From contig OZ243938.1 in the NCBI GenBank assembly GCA_965214095.1, positions 2,272,001 through 2,336,000 on the forward strand: a stretch of DNA of 64,000 nt, in the 5' to 3' direction. Below the pieces are notes generated by a model. It was given only the letters and a program-made list of their open reading frames with translations, was not told the DNA's origin and did no database searches. The stretch is from Candidatus Poribacteria bacterium (GTDB taxonomy: Bacteria; Poribacteria; WGA-4E; WGA-3G). A program made the translations under genes and the position numbers. Below, in pieces: positions 40,292-50,233 of this stretch (the stretch's first letter is position 1; each line of letters opens with the position of its first letter).

Positions 40292-41113
40292 ATGAAAAAC
40301 TCATTTATTTTCAAAATGTTGACGCTAGCAGTAATTCTATCTATAGCAGCGTTGACTTCACATGCAGGTGGTATTAGTGATAAAGAACTCGTAATCTACT
40401 ATAGTTTTGACAAGACATCTCAAAAGGGTGACGATATATTAGATTTGTCAGAAAATGGGTACGACGGACTAATCCACGGTGATAAACTAAAGATTGTAGA
40501 TGAAGGTATAGTAAACGAATGCATGGAATTCCCCGGCGGGGCAACCCAATACATCGCTGTACGTGATCTAAACTATACCGAAGGCATACCAGAACTGTCT
40601 ATGGCAGTTTGGGTAAAAACGTCCGGCAGGGGAATGATTGCTTCATGGGATCGTAGTGACTATTTTCGGTTTGCAGTAGGAGATGCTGCCATAGACCATG
40701 TTGATTTTGTCGCTTTTGATATCTGTTGTCCTATAGAAGATTGGCACGGAGATATTAAGGTGTCAGATGGAGAATGGCATCATGTCGCTGTTACTTTTGA
40801 TGGAGATATGAAGCGTATATATGTTGATGGAAAAGTTGATGTGGAAGCAGCCGCTGCGACTAATAATAAAATGATCGGTCCGAAAGCACAACGTTACGGT
40901 TTTATTGGTATCGGTTCTGAAGCAGCTGCATTTAATGGGAATGCAAGTCCTACATGGACATTTACAGGACTAATGGATGAGTTCCTGATGTTCCATCGCG
41001 CACTTTCCGAAGATGAAATAGAAGACCTCTATAGAAACAGTGGTGATCCGTTTACTGTTGAACCGATAGGCAAATTAGGCATTACCTGGGCAGAAATCAA
41101 ACGTAGTAATTAA
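40292..41113 (+). CDS. Secreted LamG-like jellyroll protein (tandem paralog)
   Basis: Highly similar to the upstream gene (RGMIASWDRS, FDxCCPI, RYGFIGIGSEA); C-terminal TVEPIGKLGITWAEIK. Confidence 0.87.
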   Translation: MKNSFIFKMLTLAVILSIAALTSHAGGISDKELVIYYSFDKTSQKGDDILDLSENGYDGLIHGDKLKIVDEGIVNECMEFPGGATQYIAVRDLNYTEGIPELSMAVWVKTSGRGMIASWDRSDYFRFAVGDAAIDHVDFVAFDICCPIEDWHGDIKVSDGEWHHVAVTFDGDMKRIYVDGKVDVEAAAATNNKMIGPKAQRYGFIGIGSEAAAFNGNASPTWTFTGLMDEFLMFHRALSEDEIEDLYRNSGDPFTVEPIGKLGITWAEIKRSN

Positions 41114-41120
41114 AAGCAAA

Positions 41121-41145
41121 ACGGGTGATTGATCTAATCACCCGT
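41121..41145. terminator. Bidirectional hairpin terminator
   Basis: ACGGGTGATT-GATCT-AATCACCCGT. Confidence 0.75.
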
Positions 41146-41167
41146 ACATTCAAATTATTACATAGAA

Positions 41168-41941
41168 TTATGCGTTTCCGTTTTCCACTGCCTCTTGTAT
41201 ACCAGGCCATTCACGCCAAATATCGGTGTAACTATCATAACCGTTTTCTTCAACATCAACATGCCGTATACGGAAAATCACCGCATACCGAATATCTGAA
41301 GATGCATTCGCTGCTGCAGAGTGTACAACTTGGTGATGGGTTAGAACAACATCACCTGCATTTCCAACAATTTGTGTAGGACCTTCGGGGAGTTCAGGTT
41401 TTGGCATTCCGTTCGCTAAAATTTCATGTCCTTCCTTTTTGAAGTAGTCTGCAAAGAAACTGTGTGTCTTGGGCCACACCGTGAAGTTACCGCTATAAGG
41501 TTCAGGCACATCTGCCAAATAAACAACAGCTAACGCCGTAAATCCGCGCCTGTATACCCCTTTTTCCATACCGTTTGTTCCGCTTCCCAATCCATCAAGG
41601 TGTCCACCAGGTTCTTTCGCATCACGACCCAACGGCATTGGAAAACGTAGTGCTATCTGCGCTGAACCGGGAACCTGAACATTCCCTTCTCCCAACATTG
41701 ATTCGGCAATGTTCTGGATAGGCGTTTTATTGAAAATCTCAACAATCTGCGGGGCATTCCTGATTTCGTTACAATACGATTGTGCGCGAAACTTTTCCAA
41801 GTCGCCTTGATGCATACCGACTGCACCGATGGAATGATTAATCATCTTTCGGGCACTATCCACCATCAACTTCGGCACAACACCAGGAACTTTGATAAAA
41901 CCATTTTCATAGAATTCTAACTTCTGTTTTTGTGTGAGCAT
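41168..41941 (-). CDS. PhyH family dioxygenase
   Basis: FYENGFIKVPGVVP, HLDG, GNFTVWP, AGDVVLTHH..VHS. Confidence 0.85.
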   Translation of the reverse strand: MLTQKQKLEFYENGFIKVPGVVPKLMVDSARKMINHSIGAVGMHQGDLEKFRAQSYCNEIRNAPQIVEIFNKTPIQNIAESMLGEGNVQVPGSAQIALRFPMPLGRDAKEPGGHLDGLGSGTNGMEKGVYRRGFTALAVVYLADVPEPYSGNFTVWPKTHSFFADYFKKEGHEILANGMPKPELPEGPTQIVGNAGDVVLTHHQVVHSAAANASSDIRYAVIFRIRHVDVEENGYDSYTDIWREWPGIQEAVENGNA

Positions 41942-42024
41942 ATTGAAATCCTCTACGCATTATTTCAAATATTTGAAATTTAGACTATACCATAAACAAT
42001 AAGTTTAAGGTAATTCAGTTGTCA

Positions 42025-43224
42025 TCATTTCTTCAACCAATGCTGGAACACCACCTCTGTGTCAGTAGGTTCAACTACACGTAAAAGGACTTCTCCATTT
42101 GCAAGAAAATCTAATGCCATAAAACCTGAGTGTTGATGTGCAAAAAGTGTATTGTCTCCATGACTTACTTCAGTTGCCTTTTCACTTGAACCAAGTCCAC
42201 TAACAAGCAGATAATCTGTCACATCCCCTTCTAACACTTGTAGAGAATGTTCATGTCCAGATGCATAAATTAAGAGCGGTGACTTTTTCCGAGTAGACAA
42301 GGCAGCATTGAGTTGTGACACCATATATTTATATCGTGATCCGTTCAAATCCTGATCCGATTTCACCACATACCACCGAGCCAACGGATACAAAGAACCA
42401 ACAATTGGAACAGGCACCCACAACCATTTGTGGACAAGTCTACCGGGAAAGAGGTGTGCCTTCCAATCAAAGAAACCGCCATGTATGCCATAACTCTGCA
42501 AAGGATGGTGTCCAACAACGATAACTGGCAATTCCGTATCCAAATACTCTTTTAGTTTATTCACAACCGTATCTGTAGAAACTGTAGGTTTCTCGTATTT
42601 ATGTAACCACCACTGTGTATCCAATACAACTATGCGCACAACCGGAGCAGACTCTGGTAGTTCCAGCATAACGGGACCTGGCATGCCACCTTGTGGCAAG
42701 AATTGTGGCGTGCGAGTCAGGGCATCGTTAATATATTCCTCTTGTGCAAGCAGGGCACGATATCCAACCTTTTTTCCATTCGTCCAATCGTGATTACCTG
42801 GAATAAACAATCCATGTGCATCTGTAGACTTGATAACATCAAGTTGCGGTCCCAAACGCGTAGCGGCTTCGTGCTTTTTCCGTTCTGTCATCCCATCAGG
42901 ATACATATTATCTCCCAAGAAGACAACACTGGTTTTCTCAGGAGATCTTTTTGTCCATGATTGTAATGTCTGTAAGACAGGTTCATCCTGCTTCGGTAGT
43001 CCCGCATCACCAATGAGTAAGATGCGATATTGTAACGTGTTCTCCGTTACAATATCCTGTTTTTCAATTGTGGATATGTCTGGATGATAGTAAGGTGATA
43101 TATGACTGCACCCTACAATCGTCAGTTGTCCCGCCTGCACAACCAAACATAGTAGGAAAATGCTCCAAAGAAAACGCGATCGATTATAGAATTTCATATC
43201 TTCCTTTTTTAGGTCGTATCTCAT
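42025..43224 (-). CDS. Calcineurin-like metallophosphoesterase (probable lipoprotein)
   Basis: GDAG, GDNMY, GNHD, GHHP, GHEH. Confidence 0.88.
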   Translation of the reverse strand: MRYDLKKEDMKFYNRSRFLWSIFLLCLVVQAGQLTIVGCSHISPYYHPDISTIEKQDIVTENTLQYRILLIGDAGLPKQDEPVLQTLQSWTKRSPEKTSVVFLGDNMYPDGMTERKKHEAATRLGPQLDVIKSTDAHGLFIPGNHDWTNGKKVGYRALLAQEEYINDALTRTPQFLPQGGMPGPVMLELPESAPVVRIVVLDTQWWLHKYEKPTVSTDTVVNKLKEYLDTELPVIVVGHHPLQSYGIHGGFFDWKAHLFPGRLVHKWLWVPVPIVGSLYPLARWYVVKSDQDLNGSRYKYMVSQLNAALSTRKKSPLLIYASGHEHSLQVLEGDVTDYLLVSGLGSSEKATEVSHGDNTLFAHQHSGFMALDFLANGEVLLRVVEPTDTEVVFQHWLKK

Positions 43225-43231
43225 AAATCAT

Positions 43232-43257
43232 TTGTAGGGTGGAACCCATCCCTACAA
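43232..43257. repeat. GTAG-type palindrome (second REP-like family)
   Basis: TTGTAGGG-TGGAACCCAT-CCCTACAA. Confidence 0.45.
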
Positions 43258-43385
43258 TGAATTGAAATTCTGAGGATAATAAGGTTTCACTCTATATTGG
43301 TACTACCTATGCACACATTTATCAATAGACTAACACGAAATGATATGATATAATTTAAGTTGAAAAAATAAAATATGGTGAAAAA

Positions 43386-44990
43386 ATGAGACGTTTTGGC
43401 ACACAAGGACGCGTATATCCTGAGCAACATTATATTGTATCTCGGAGTAAAGAGATAGCAGATTTTCTCACACGAGTTAAAGAGGGAAGGTATATTGTCC
43501 TTTTTGCACCACGACAAACAGGAAAAACCACCTTTTTCCGAATGGCACTTGAAACACTCACAAATGAGGATCCATCCTATTTTCCTATCCAACTCAATTT
43601 TGAAACATATAAAAACCTATCTGCTATAGAATTTTACGAAGCTACATGCAATAGAATGCGTAAAGAGATTGAACAGATTTTTGAAAAACGTGGACAAACA
43701 CTCTCTGGTAAACTCTCGCGATTTCTTTTAGACAGCAAAATAACAAATCATATTTCAATGATGGACTTCTTTGAAGAGTTCTCAAGTATTTTAAATGATG
43801 ATTATGGAGTTCAAAAAGTAGTTGTCATTATTGATGAATTTGATGGTATTCCTCAAGCTGTTTTAAGTGATTTTCTCCATTCGCTTCGAGACATCTACCT
43901 TTCAGATCAGACGCGTTGCATCCATAGTGTTGGTATTATCGGTGTCAAGAGCATCACACAACTCAACTACGATAGATCCGTTTCTCCATTCAATATCCAA
44001 GACGAATTTTTCTTACCCAATTTCACTCTCCAACAAGTGAAAGAATTACTAAGACAATATACAGTTGAAACAGGTCAGCCGTTCTTGCCTGAAGTTGTTG
44101 AATCCTTACACAAACAAACTGCTGGTCAACCGTTCCTCGTAAATCGATGCGCGCAAATACTTACTGAGGAATTGGATATCTCAATAAGCGAAATGATCAC
44201 AGATCAACACTTCTCAACAGCACACATAAAACTGCTTCGTGAACGAAACACAAACATTGACCACCTGATAACAAATATACGAAGAGATCGTAGATTTGAA
44301 ACATTACTCATGAAGATTACTTCTTATGATAAAGGTATAGAATTTAATTTATACAATGAACTCATCAACGAACTTGCCACTTTTGGTGTTATCGCTGAAG
44401 GGGTAGATGGCATGTGTGAGATAGTAAACCCTATTTATCAGTATTGCATTATACAGGCATTCCAACCCCTTGTCAACGGACTTGAAGGGAACTATTTTCC
44501 TGAAAATACCGATACAGAATTCACGGATTTTCTCACCACTGATGGTAAACTTGAGATGTTACCACTTCTGAATAATTTTCAAGAATTCATCGCTCGTGCA
44601 GGGCATAAGATTTTAGATGTGCCTGATACACCGAAAGAGTTTATTGGACAATATCTACTCTATGCCTATCTTGAGCAGTTTGTTCGACTCGTACGCGGCT
44701 TAATGTACCTTGAAGTTCAAACCGGACGAGGTAGAATTGATCTACTTATCCTTCACAACTCACAAAAGTATATCATTGAAACAAAGATATGGGAAAGCGA
44801 ACGTCGATATCAAGCAGGAAAGAAACAACTCGCTGCATATCTCAAATTAGAAGGTGCAGTGGAAGGATACTATGTTGTTTTTGATCATCGGTCAGAAACT
44901 GAACCTCGGACTGAGACTGAAATAATAGACGATTTTACAATTCAGAGTTATGTGATTCCTGTAATCCAAGAACGACCTTCTTCTGTTTAG
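43386..44990 (+). CDS. AAA-like ATPase with C-terminal PD-(D/E)XK nuclease-like domain
   Basis: APRQTGKTT, IIDEFD, SPFNI, GQPFLVN; GRGRIDL...IIETK. Confidence 0.82.
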   Translation: MRRFGTQGRVYPEQHYIVSRSKEIADFLTRVKEGRYIVLFAPRQTGKTTFFRMALETLTNEDPSYFPIQLNFETYKNLSAIEFYEATCNRMRKEIEQIFEKRGQTLSGKLSRFLLDSKITNHISMMDFFEEFSSILNDDYGVQKVVVIIDEFDGIPQAVLSDFLHSLRDIYLSDQTRCIHSVGIIGVKSITQLNYDRSVSPFNIQDEFFLPNFTLQQVKELLRQYTVETGQPFLPEVVESLHKQTAGQPFLVNRCAQILTEELDISISEMITDQHFSTAHIKLLRERNTNIDHLITNIRRDRRFETLLMKITSYDKGIEFNLYNELINELATFGVIAEGVDGMCEIVNPIYQYCIIQAFQPLVNGLEGNYFPENTDTEFTDFLTTDGKLEMLPLLNNFQEFIARAGHKILDVPDTPKEFIGQYLLYAYLEQFVRLVRGLMYLEVQTGRGRIDLLILHNSQKYIIETKIWESERRYQAGKKQLAAYLKLEGAVEGYYVVFDHRSETEPRTETEIIDDFTIQSYVIPVIQERPSSV

Positions 44991-45000
44991 GATCTGTTAT

Positions 45001-46423
45001 CATATCTTCGGTGTCAAGACCCCGATGCTTTAGCACGGGGATGTAGACACCGCTAACACATTTATGAATCAATAAGACTTAACATTTTCGTGTATTTGTA
45101 GTATACTATATTCAGCATTACAGTTGTGGATATGACCTCTCGCTTGAGAGTGCCACCGCACCATTTCATAGCAGTATGTAATGCGAAGGATATGTAATGC
45201 GAACCTACAAATACAAGGGACAAAAACATAAAAGAAATCGTCATTTGCAAAAAGACCTGCATATCATTGCCCATGTCCACAACCATTTTGTTGCGTTGTG
45301 GCAACGGCACTACAGGATATATGGACAATGCGAAGGTTACAAGCGACCGAGTGCATTTCGGATGATTAAGCATTTGACAAAACTGAAACGACTTGCTAAA
45401 TATCAACACTGGACGATCCCATATTCTTGGTGTTTGCAAGAATGTATCCAACGCGTTGACAGAGGTTGGAAAAACTTCTTTGAAGGTAGGGCAAAGCGTC
45501 CACCTAAATTTAGAAGTCGGTATAAATACAAATCTATGACCTTTGATGGAAGTCAAGTCAAAATAGAACCCATTGACAAAACAGGCGGATGTCCCGTAGC
45601 GAAAATCCGTATCAATAGAAGATGGTATCGCTTCTGGTATAGTAGACCGATTGAAGGAAAGATTAAACAGGTTACCGTTAAGAAAGACGCAGTAGGCGAT
45701 TGGTATATCACTATCACAACAGACGCTGAAGGACTTGAGCCTGCCCCTAAGACTGGTAAGACAGCAGGGTTTGACTTTGGACTCAAGGATTTTCTCACCT
45801 GTTCCGATGGCACGAAGTATCAATCTCCTGAATTCTATAAGTCTGCTTCTAAACTGATAAAACGTGCGAGTCGTGCGTTGTCTCAGAAGCAGAAAGGCAG
45901 TAATAATCGCCACCGTGTGAGGAAATACTCGGCACGCGTTCACAGAAAAATCAATCGGCAACGCGAAGACCATCACTGGAAACTTGCTCTTGAACTTGTT
46001 CGAAAGTTTGATGTCTGTTTCTTTGAAGACCTGAATCTTGAAGGCATGAAACGTCTTTGGGGACGTAAAGTCTCTGATTATGCCTTTGGCGACTTCATGC
46101 AGAAAATCAAGTGGCAAGCACAGAAAAGATGCAAACGCGTTGAAACAATTAACAGATGGACACCTACAAGCAAAGTCTGTCATGCCTGTGGACAAATCCA
46201 AATGTTCTTTGATCTGAGTATTCGCAATTGGTATTGCCATAACTGTAAAATCCAACATGACCGTGATATAAACGCGGCACTTAATATTTACAAGGTAGGG
46301 GCATCTACCTTTGGAGTAGAGGGGATCAGACTTGCTTCGGCAAGCACCCCTTGTTGATACCACAATCTACCCTGTGGCATGGGACCTAAGAATCCCCATG
46401 CTTTAGCAGGGGGAGTATGTCAA
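45001..46423 (+). mobile_element. Non-autonomous IS200/IS605-family element (tnpB only, IS1341-like)
   Basis: LE hairpin CCCCGATGCTTTAGCACGGGG (45020-45040); RE GAAT-CCCCATGCTTTAGCAGGGG-GAGTATG-TCAA ending at 46423; TTAT immediately 5' of 45001. Confidence 0.88.
45197..46357 (+). CDS. tnpB: RNA-guided endonuclease TnpB
   Basis: RPPKFRS; RuvC GFDFGL, FEDLNL, DRDINAALNI; zinc finger CHAC...CHNC. Confidence 0.95.
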   Translation: MRTYKYKGQKHKRNRHLQKDLHIIAHVHNHFVALWQRHYRIYGQCEGYKRPSAFRMIKHLTKLKRLAKYQHWTIPYSWCLQECIQRVDRGWKNFFEGRAKRPPKFRSRYKYKSMTFDGSQVKIEPIDKTGGCPVAKIRINRRWYRFWYSRPIEGKIKQVTVKKDAVGDWYITITTDAEGLEPAPKTGKTAGFDFGLKDFLTCSDGTKYQSPEFYKSASKLIKRASRALSQKQKGSNNRHRVRKYSARVHRKINRQREDHHWKLALELVRKFDVCFFEDLNLEGMKRLWGRKVSDYAFGDFMQKIKWQAQKRCKRVETINRWTPTSKVCHACGQIQMFFDLSIRNWYCHNCKIQHDRDINAALNIYKVGASTFGVEGIRLASASTPC

Positions 46424-46443
46424 CTTCCATCCACTGTTTTATT
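46292..46443 (+). ncRNA. TnpB omegaRNA; guide is the antisense of the hisS 3' end
   Basis: Hairpins AAGGTAGGGGCATCTACCTT, CTTGCTTCGGCAAG and the RE hairpin; guide after TCAA is CTTCCATCCACTGTTTTATT. Confidence 0.75.
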
Positions 46444-47747
46444 CGGTCAACAACTTTATCAATCGGAACATTTTCTTGTTCTCTGCTTGCCAAATCCCGA
46501 ACTGCTACGACCCCCGCATCCAACTCATCCGATCCGAGAATAGCCGCATAAGGAATCCCCTTAGAATCAGCATATTTCAACTGCGTGCTAATACGTGTAG
46601 GTTGGAAATACACCTCTGTCCGTATACCTCCCTGACGTAACTGCGTTGCTAATTTAAGCGATTCTTCCATCAAGTCATCATCAAATACGGTCATCAATAC
46701 CTGCGTCACTGTTTTTCCCACAGAGGATGGGAACATATCAAATTCTTCCATGACATCAATAATCCGTTCAATACCGAAACTTGTGCCGGTGGCAGGAAAA
46801 CTCTGTTTGCTAAAACTCCCTATCAATTCATCGTATCTACCACCGCCTGTAATGCTGCCAATCTTCGGTTCTTCAACAACCGTTTCGTATATCGGACCCG
46901 TATAGTATTCCAAACCGCGCACCATAGCCACATTCACCCTATAATATTTTTCAGGAACACCAAGCGTAGTGATATAGTTGATTAATTCTTCCAATTCGGT
47001 TATTCCCTCAAGGGCAATTTCAAAATCCGCAAGTTGCTTTTTCATATCAGTCAGGACCGTAGTCGCACCACCTTCTACTTGTAACAGAGCAAGCAACTTT
47101 TCAATGACATCTTCCGGTATCTCATTCTCTCGCAATTCTTCAGTGACACCATCCACCCCGATCTTATCCAATTTGTCAATAGAGCGATAAAGTCCACCGA
47201 GTTGTTCGGTAGGAACACCGGAATATTCACCTATACCAGTAATCAGTTTTCTATTGTTGATATTTATCTCAAATTGCTCAAAACCGAGACGCGACAATAC
47301 TTGATAGATCAGATTTACATTTTCCGCATCTGCTAACATGCTATCACTTCCGACAGTATCCGCATCACATTGGAAAAATTGACGATAACGTCCCTTCTGT
47401 GGTCGTTCCGCACGCCACACGGGATCAATTTGATATCGCTTGAAAGGTTTTGGTAGCTGCGGATACATCGCAATAACGCGGCATAGCGGTACAGACAGAT
47501 CATAACGGAGTGAGATGTCCTCCTTTCCACCCGTGTGTCCTGCTTGATAAATTAGTTTTTCTGCATCCGGACCGTATTTACCTGTGAGAACTTCAGATAA
47601 TTCCATAGCAGGGGTCTGTAAAGGTTCAAACCCAAATTCTTCAAATACATCACGGATCACGCCTATGACATATTGCCTACGGATCATCTGTTCAGGTAAG
47701 ATATCCCGCATGCCACGTGGCACACGCGGTTTGATAAATGTTGACAT
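46386..47747 (-). CDS. hisS: Histidine--tRNA ligase
   Basis: PRGMRD, LRYDLSVP, WRAERPQKGRYRQFFQCDAD, RGLEYYTG, GGGRYD, GIERI. Confidence 0.96.
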   Translation of the reverse strand: MSTFIKPRVPRGMRDILPEQMIRRQYVIGVIRDVFEEFGFEPLQTPAMELSEVLTGKYGPDAEKLIYQAGHTGGKEDISLRYDLSVPLCRVIAMYPQLPKPFKRYQIDPVWRAERPQKGRYRQFFQCDADTVGSDSMLADAENVNLIYQVLSRLGFEQFEININNRKLITGIGEYSGVPTEQLGGLYRSIDKLDKIGVDGVTEELRENEIPEDVIEKLLALLQVEGGATTVLTDMKKQLADFEIALEGITELEELINYITTLGVPEKYYRVNVAMVRGLEYYTGPIYETVVEEPKIGSITGGGRYDELIGSFSKQSFPATGTSFGIERIIDVMEEFDMFPSSVGKTVTQVLMTVFDDDLMEESLKLATQLRQGGIRTEVYFQPTRISTQLKYADSKGIPYAAILGSDELDAGVVAVRDLASREQENVPIDKVVDRIKQWMEVDILPLLKHGDS

Positions 47748-47759
47748 GATAACTGCTCC

Positions 47760-48530
47760 TTATATGTGGCCCGGTAGTGCTTGACTCCTACGTCTCCGTA
47801 ATCCTTTTGCTAACGTCTGCTTCAATTCGTCAATCTTTTTGCGTTTCCAAGGATCCCTGAGTGATTTCGGATTTGCAATCAGTGTAGATTCAGATTCTCT
47901 TAACACTTCTATTATCTTAAGTTGGTTAGCCTTCAACGTACGTGCTGAACTACAATTATCAATTATAGCATCCGCTTCTTCTGGTGGTTTACCCTCCGTT
48001 GCTCCAAACGACAACATAAGGGTAATGGGGGATTGGTAAGTCCCGAGAGTATTCAGCCTCTTCCACGGCGTAAGAATCGCAGGTGCAATGCGGTTTTCTG
48101 TCGTTTCAAGTATATATTTCTCAGCGATATTTAAATACTCTGTCGAGATGCGGATGTTCCTATCCGCAAGGTTCACCAAATCCGTGAATGTATTGATGTC
48201 CTCCCGTTCCTCACGAACTGCAAGAACTATGTTGACAAACCCGTAATCTAATGGAAGAATTTCCTCAACATCAGCGTCCGTTTCTTCAACCCAATCCTGT
48301 CCAGTTATACCTAAATCGTAGAAGTCGTCCATACCAACATAGACCGGTATCTCTTGCGGACGAGAGATCTTTATCTGAACTTCACTGTCGTTAGCAAAAC
48401 TGGCGCGATAAGAGCGGTCAGTTGACTTATAGCCATTGAGTTCATAACCTGCTCGCTGAAACATCTCAAGAGTTCCAGATTGAATCGTACCTTTCGGCAA
48501 AAGTAAATTCAGTGTCCTTTCTGTTTCCAT
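47760..48530 (-). CDS. hisG: ATP phosphoribosyltransferase (short form)
   Basis: LPKG, RPQEIP, DLGITGQDW, GATE, DAIID; no C-terminal regulatory domain. Confidence 0.9.
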   Translation of the reverse strand: METERTLNLLLPKGTIQSGTLEMFQRAGYELNGYKSTDRSYRASFANDSEVQIKISRPQEIPVYVGMDDFYDLGITGQDWVEETDADVEEILPLDYGFVNIVLAVREEREDINTFTDLVNLADRNIRISTEYLNIAEKYILETTENRIAPAILTPWKRLNTLGTYQSPITLMLSFGATEGKPPEEADAIIDNCSSARTLKANQLKIIEVLRESESTLIANPKSLRDPWKRKKIDELKQTLAKGLRRRRSQALPGHI

Positions 48531-48588
48531 AATCAGTTTTCCTTAATCCTTAATGCGTACCATTGTTCTTCGTATCCATTCATACCTA

Positions 48589-50025
48589 TTATTCAAGGTC
48601 TTTGAAGGTAACCTCTTCTGTGTTTCCAGTATTCAAATCAATCCGTTGGATGGAGTGATCTTCATTCAACTTAATCAGATAATCGTAGTTCGCTTTAGCA
48701 GCATAGTCATGCTGGTCTTGTAGGTCACGTCCCATCAAATCTACCTCTACAGTCTTTCCAGAACATCTCAATTGTTCTGCAGTATGTTGTGCCTCACGAA
48801 GGTTATCAGTAGAGGTTGCCACGATAAAGTAATCCTTTTTCGCTTGAATAGGTTCGCGTTGTGTTTCGGCATATATCTCCATCAGGGAATCAAAATGGAA
48901 CGCAAAACCAGCACCTGGCACAGACGGACCACCAAAACTTTCAATTAACCGATCATATCTTCCACCACCACAGATCGGTAGATTGCTCTCCGACACTTCA
49001 ATCTGAAAGACTGTTCCAGTATAAAAGTCAAATCCACGCGTAATACCCAGATTTATTTCAAAATCGGTGATATTATTGTATTCCAAACATTCACACAGTC
49101 TGAGTATTTCTTGGCGAACTCCTTGCGCCGTATGATTGAGAAATGTTCCCCAAGCATCCATCACAACATCTTTATTCCCACTAATCTTTGAAACATCAAT
49201 ACAACGTTGTGCTACCTCATCAGAGATACTGAAATATCGGTGCCATCTCGCTTTATAGGTTTCCTCTGCGACAAGCGGTAACTTCTCTGTCCATTCCTCT
49301 GCGTTGTCTTCTGTTAATTCTCGGATGTCCGGTATCTCAATCTTATACTCACCTTTGTAGTCAGTCCCTTGAGATCGTCGCAACATATTGAGTTCATCAC
49401 GTGTTGCATCCAAATCCAAATGTTGACTGTCCCTTTGCAGACGAGAAAGATGATCTATATCCAAAATCACTTCACTATGGTCTTTTGGATCAAGTGCAAC
49501 CTGTTTGAATATTTCACGAAAGACACCTGTGTTACCGATCTTCAAAGTCGTCTGTGTTAAGTTCAGTTTCTCAAGTATCCGAACGGGTAACGTGATAATT
49601 TCAGCATCTGCCAATTCAGATGACGGACCAATCAACTCTATCCCCGCTTGGCGAAATTCGCGCTTCGCCTCACGATTGTCTGTCCTCGGTTCCTGACGCA
49701 CACATTGACCGATATAATATAGCTTATAAGGGTATGGTAAATGATGTAAGTCACCATTTGCTATGAGACGACATACGGGTGCGGTAAGTTCCGGTCTCAG
49801 TGCATAATCTACCCTATCCGGACCGACAAATGTGAACATTTTGTGACGTATCTCCTCACCGGATTGTGCGGATAAAAGCGCAAAGGATTCAAACAGTGGT
49901 GTCTGAATCTGTGCGTATCCATAACTCTCAAAAGTCTCACGAACAACATTCTCAACATAATTTCGTTGAACCATCTGTTCAGGTAGAAAATCGTTTGTTC
50001 CGGTGGGTTTCATAAACTTTTCCAT
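48589..50025 (-). CDS. hisZ: HisRS paralog, probable ATP-PRT regulatory subunit
   Basis: PTGTND, LRPELTAP, REFRQAGIE, YTG, GGGRYD; lacks the canonical R.E.PQ.GR motif; adjacent to short HisG. Confidence 0.75.
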   Translation of the reverse strand: MEKFMKPTGTNDFLPEQMVQRNYVENVVRETFESYGYAQIQTPLFESFALLSAQSGEEIRHKMFTFVGPDRVDYALRPELTAPVCRLIANGDLHHLPYPYKLYYIGQCVRQEPRTDNREAKREFRQAGIELIGPSSELADAEIITLPVRILEKLNLTQTTLKIGNTGVFREIFKQVALDPKDHSEVILDIDHLSRLQRDSQHLDLDATRDELNMLRRSQGTDYKGEYKIEIPDIRELTEDNAEEWTEKLPLVAEETYKARWHRYFSISDEVAQRCIDVSKISGNKDVVMDAWGTFLNHTAQGVRQEILRLCECLEYNNITDFEINLGITRGFDFYTGTVFQIEVSESNLPICGGGRYDRLIESFGGPSVPGAGFAFHFDSLMEIYAETQREPIQAKKDYFIVATSTDNLREAQHTAEQLRCSGKTVEVDLMGRDLQDQHDYAAKANYDYLIKLNEDHSIQRIDLNTGNTEEVTFKDLE

Positions 50026-50069
50026 AAGCGTTACTCCTACAATTCTCCATAATCAACATACAAGAAATT

Positions 50070-50233
50070 GTAACAAAAAAACCCAGCAAACAATATGCTC
50101 AATCATCTCAACGTGCCGATAGTTTGGCACGGAGGAGAGCGGTTAGTTCACCAGGATTGTGTAGCAAGACTCACTTGCTATGTGTCCAATATGATGTATG
50201 GAATAATCACCTCATCATTCTAATCCGCTCTAC
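50070..50233 (-). promoter_or_regulatory. Putative his attenuator RNA
   Basis: AGAGCGG/CCGCTCT long-range pair; hairpins TAGCAAG..CTTGCTA and CGTGCC..GGCACG; U-tract GGGTTTTTTT before hisZ. Confidence 0.5.

Noticed and set aside
45062-46363. 433-aa minus-strand ORF
   Set aside because: Antisense shadow of tnpB with no recognisable motifs; not a TnpA (no HUH motif).
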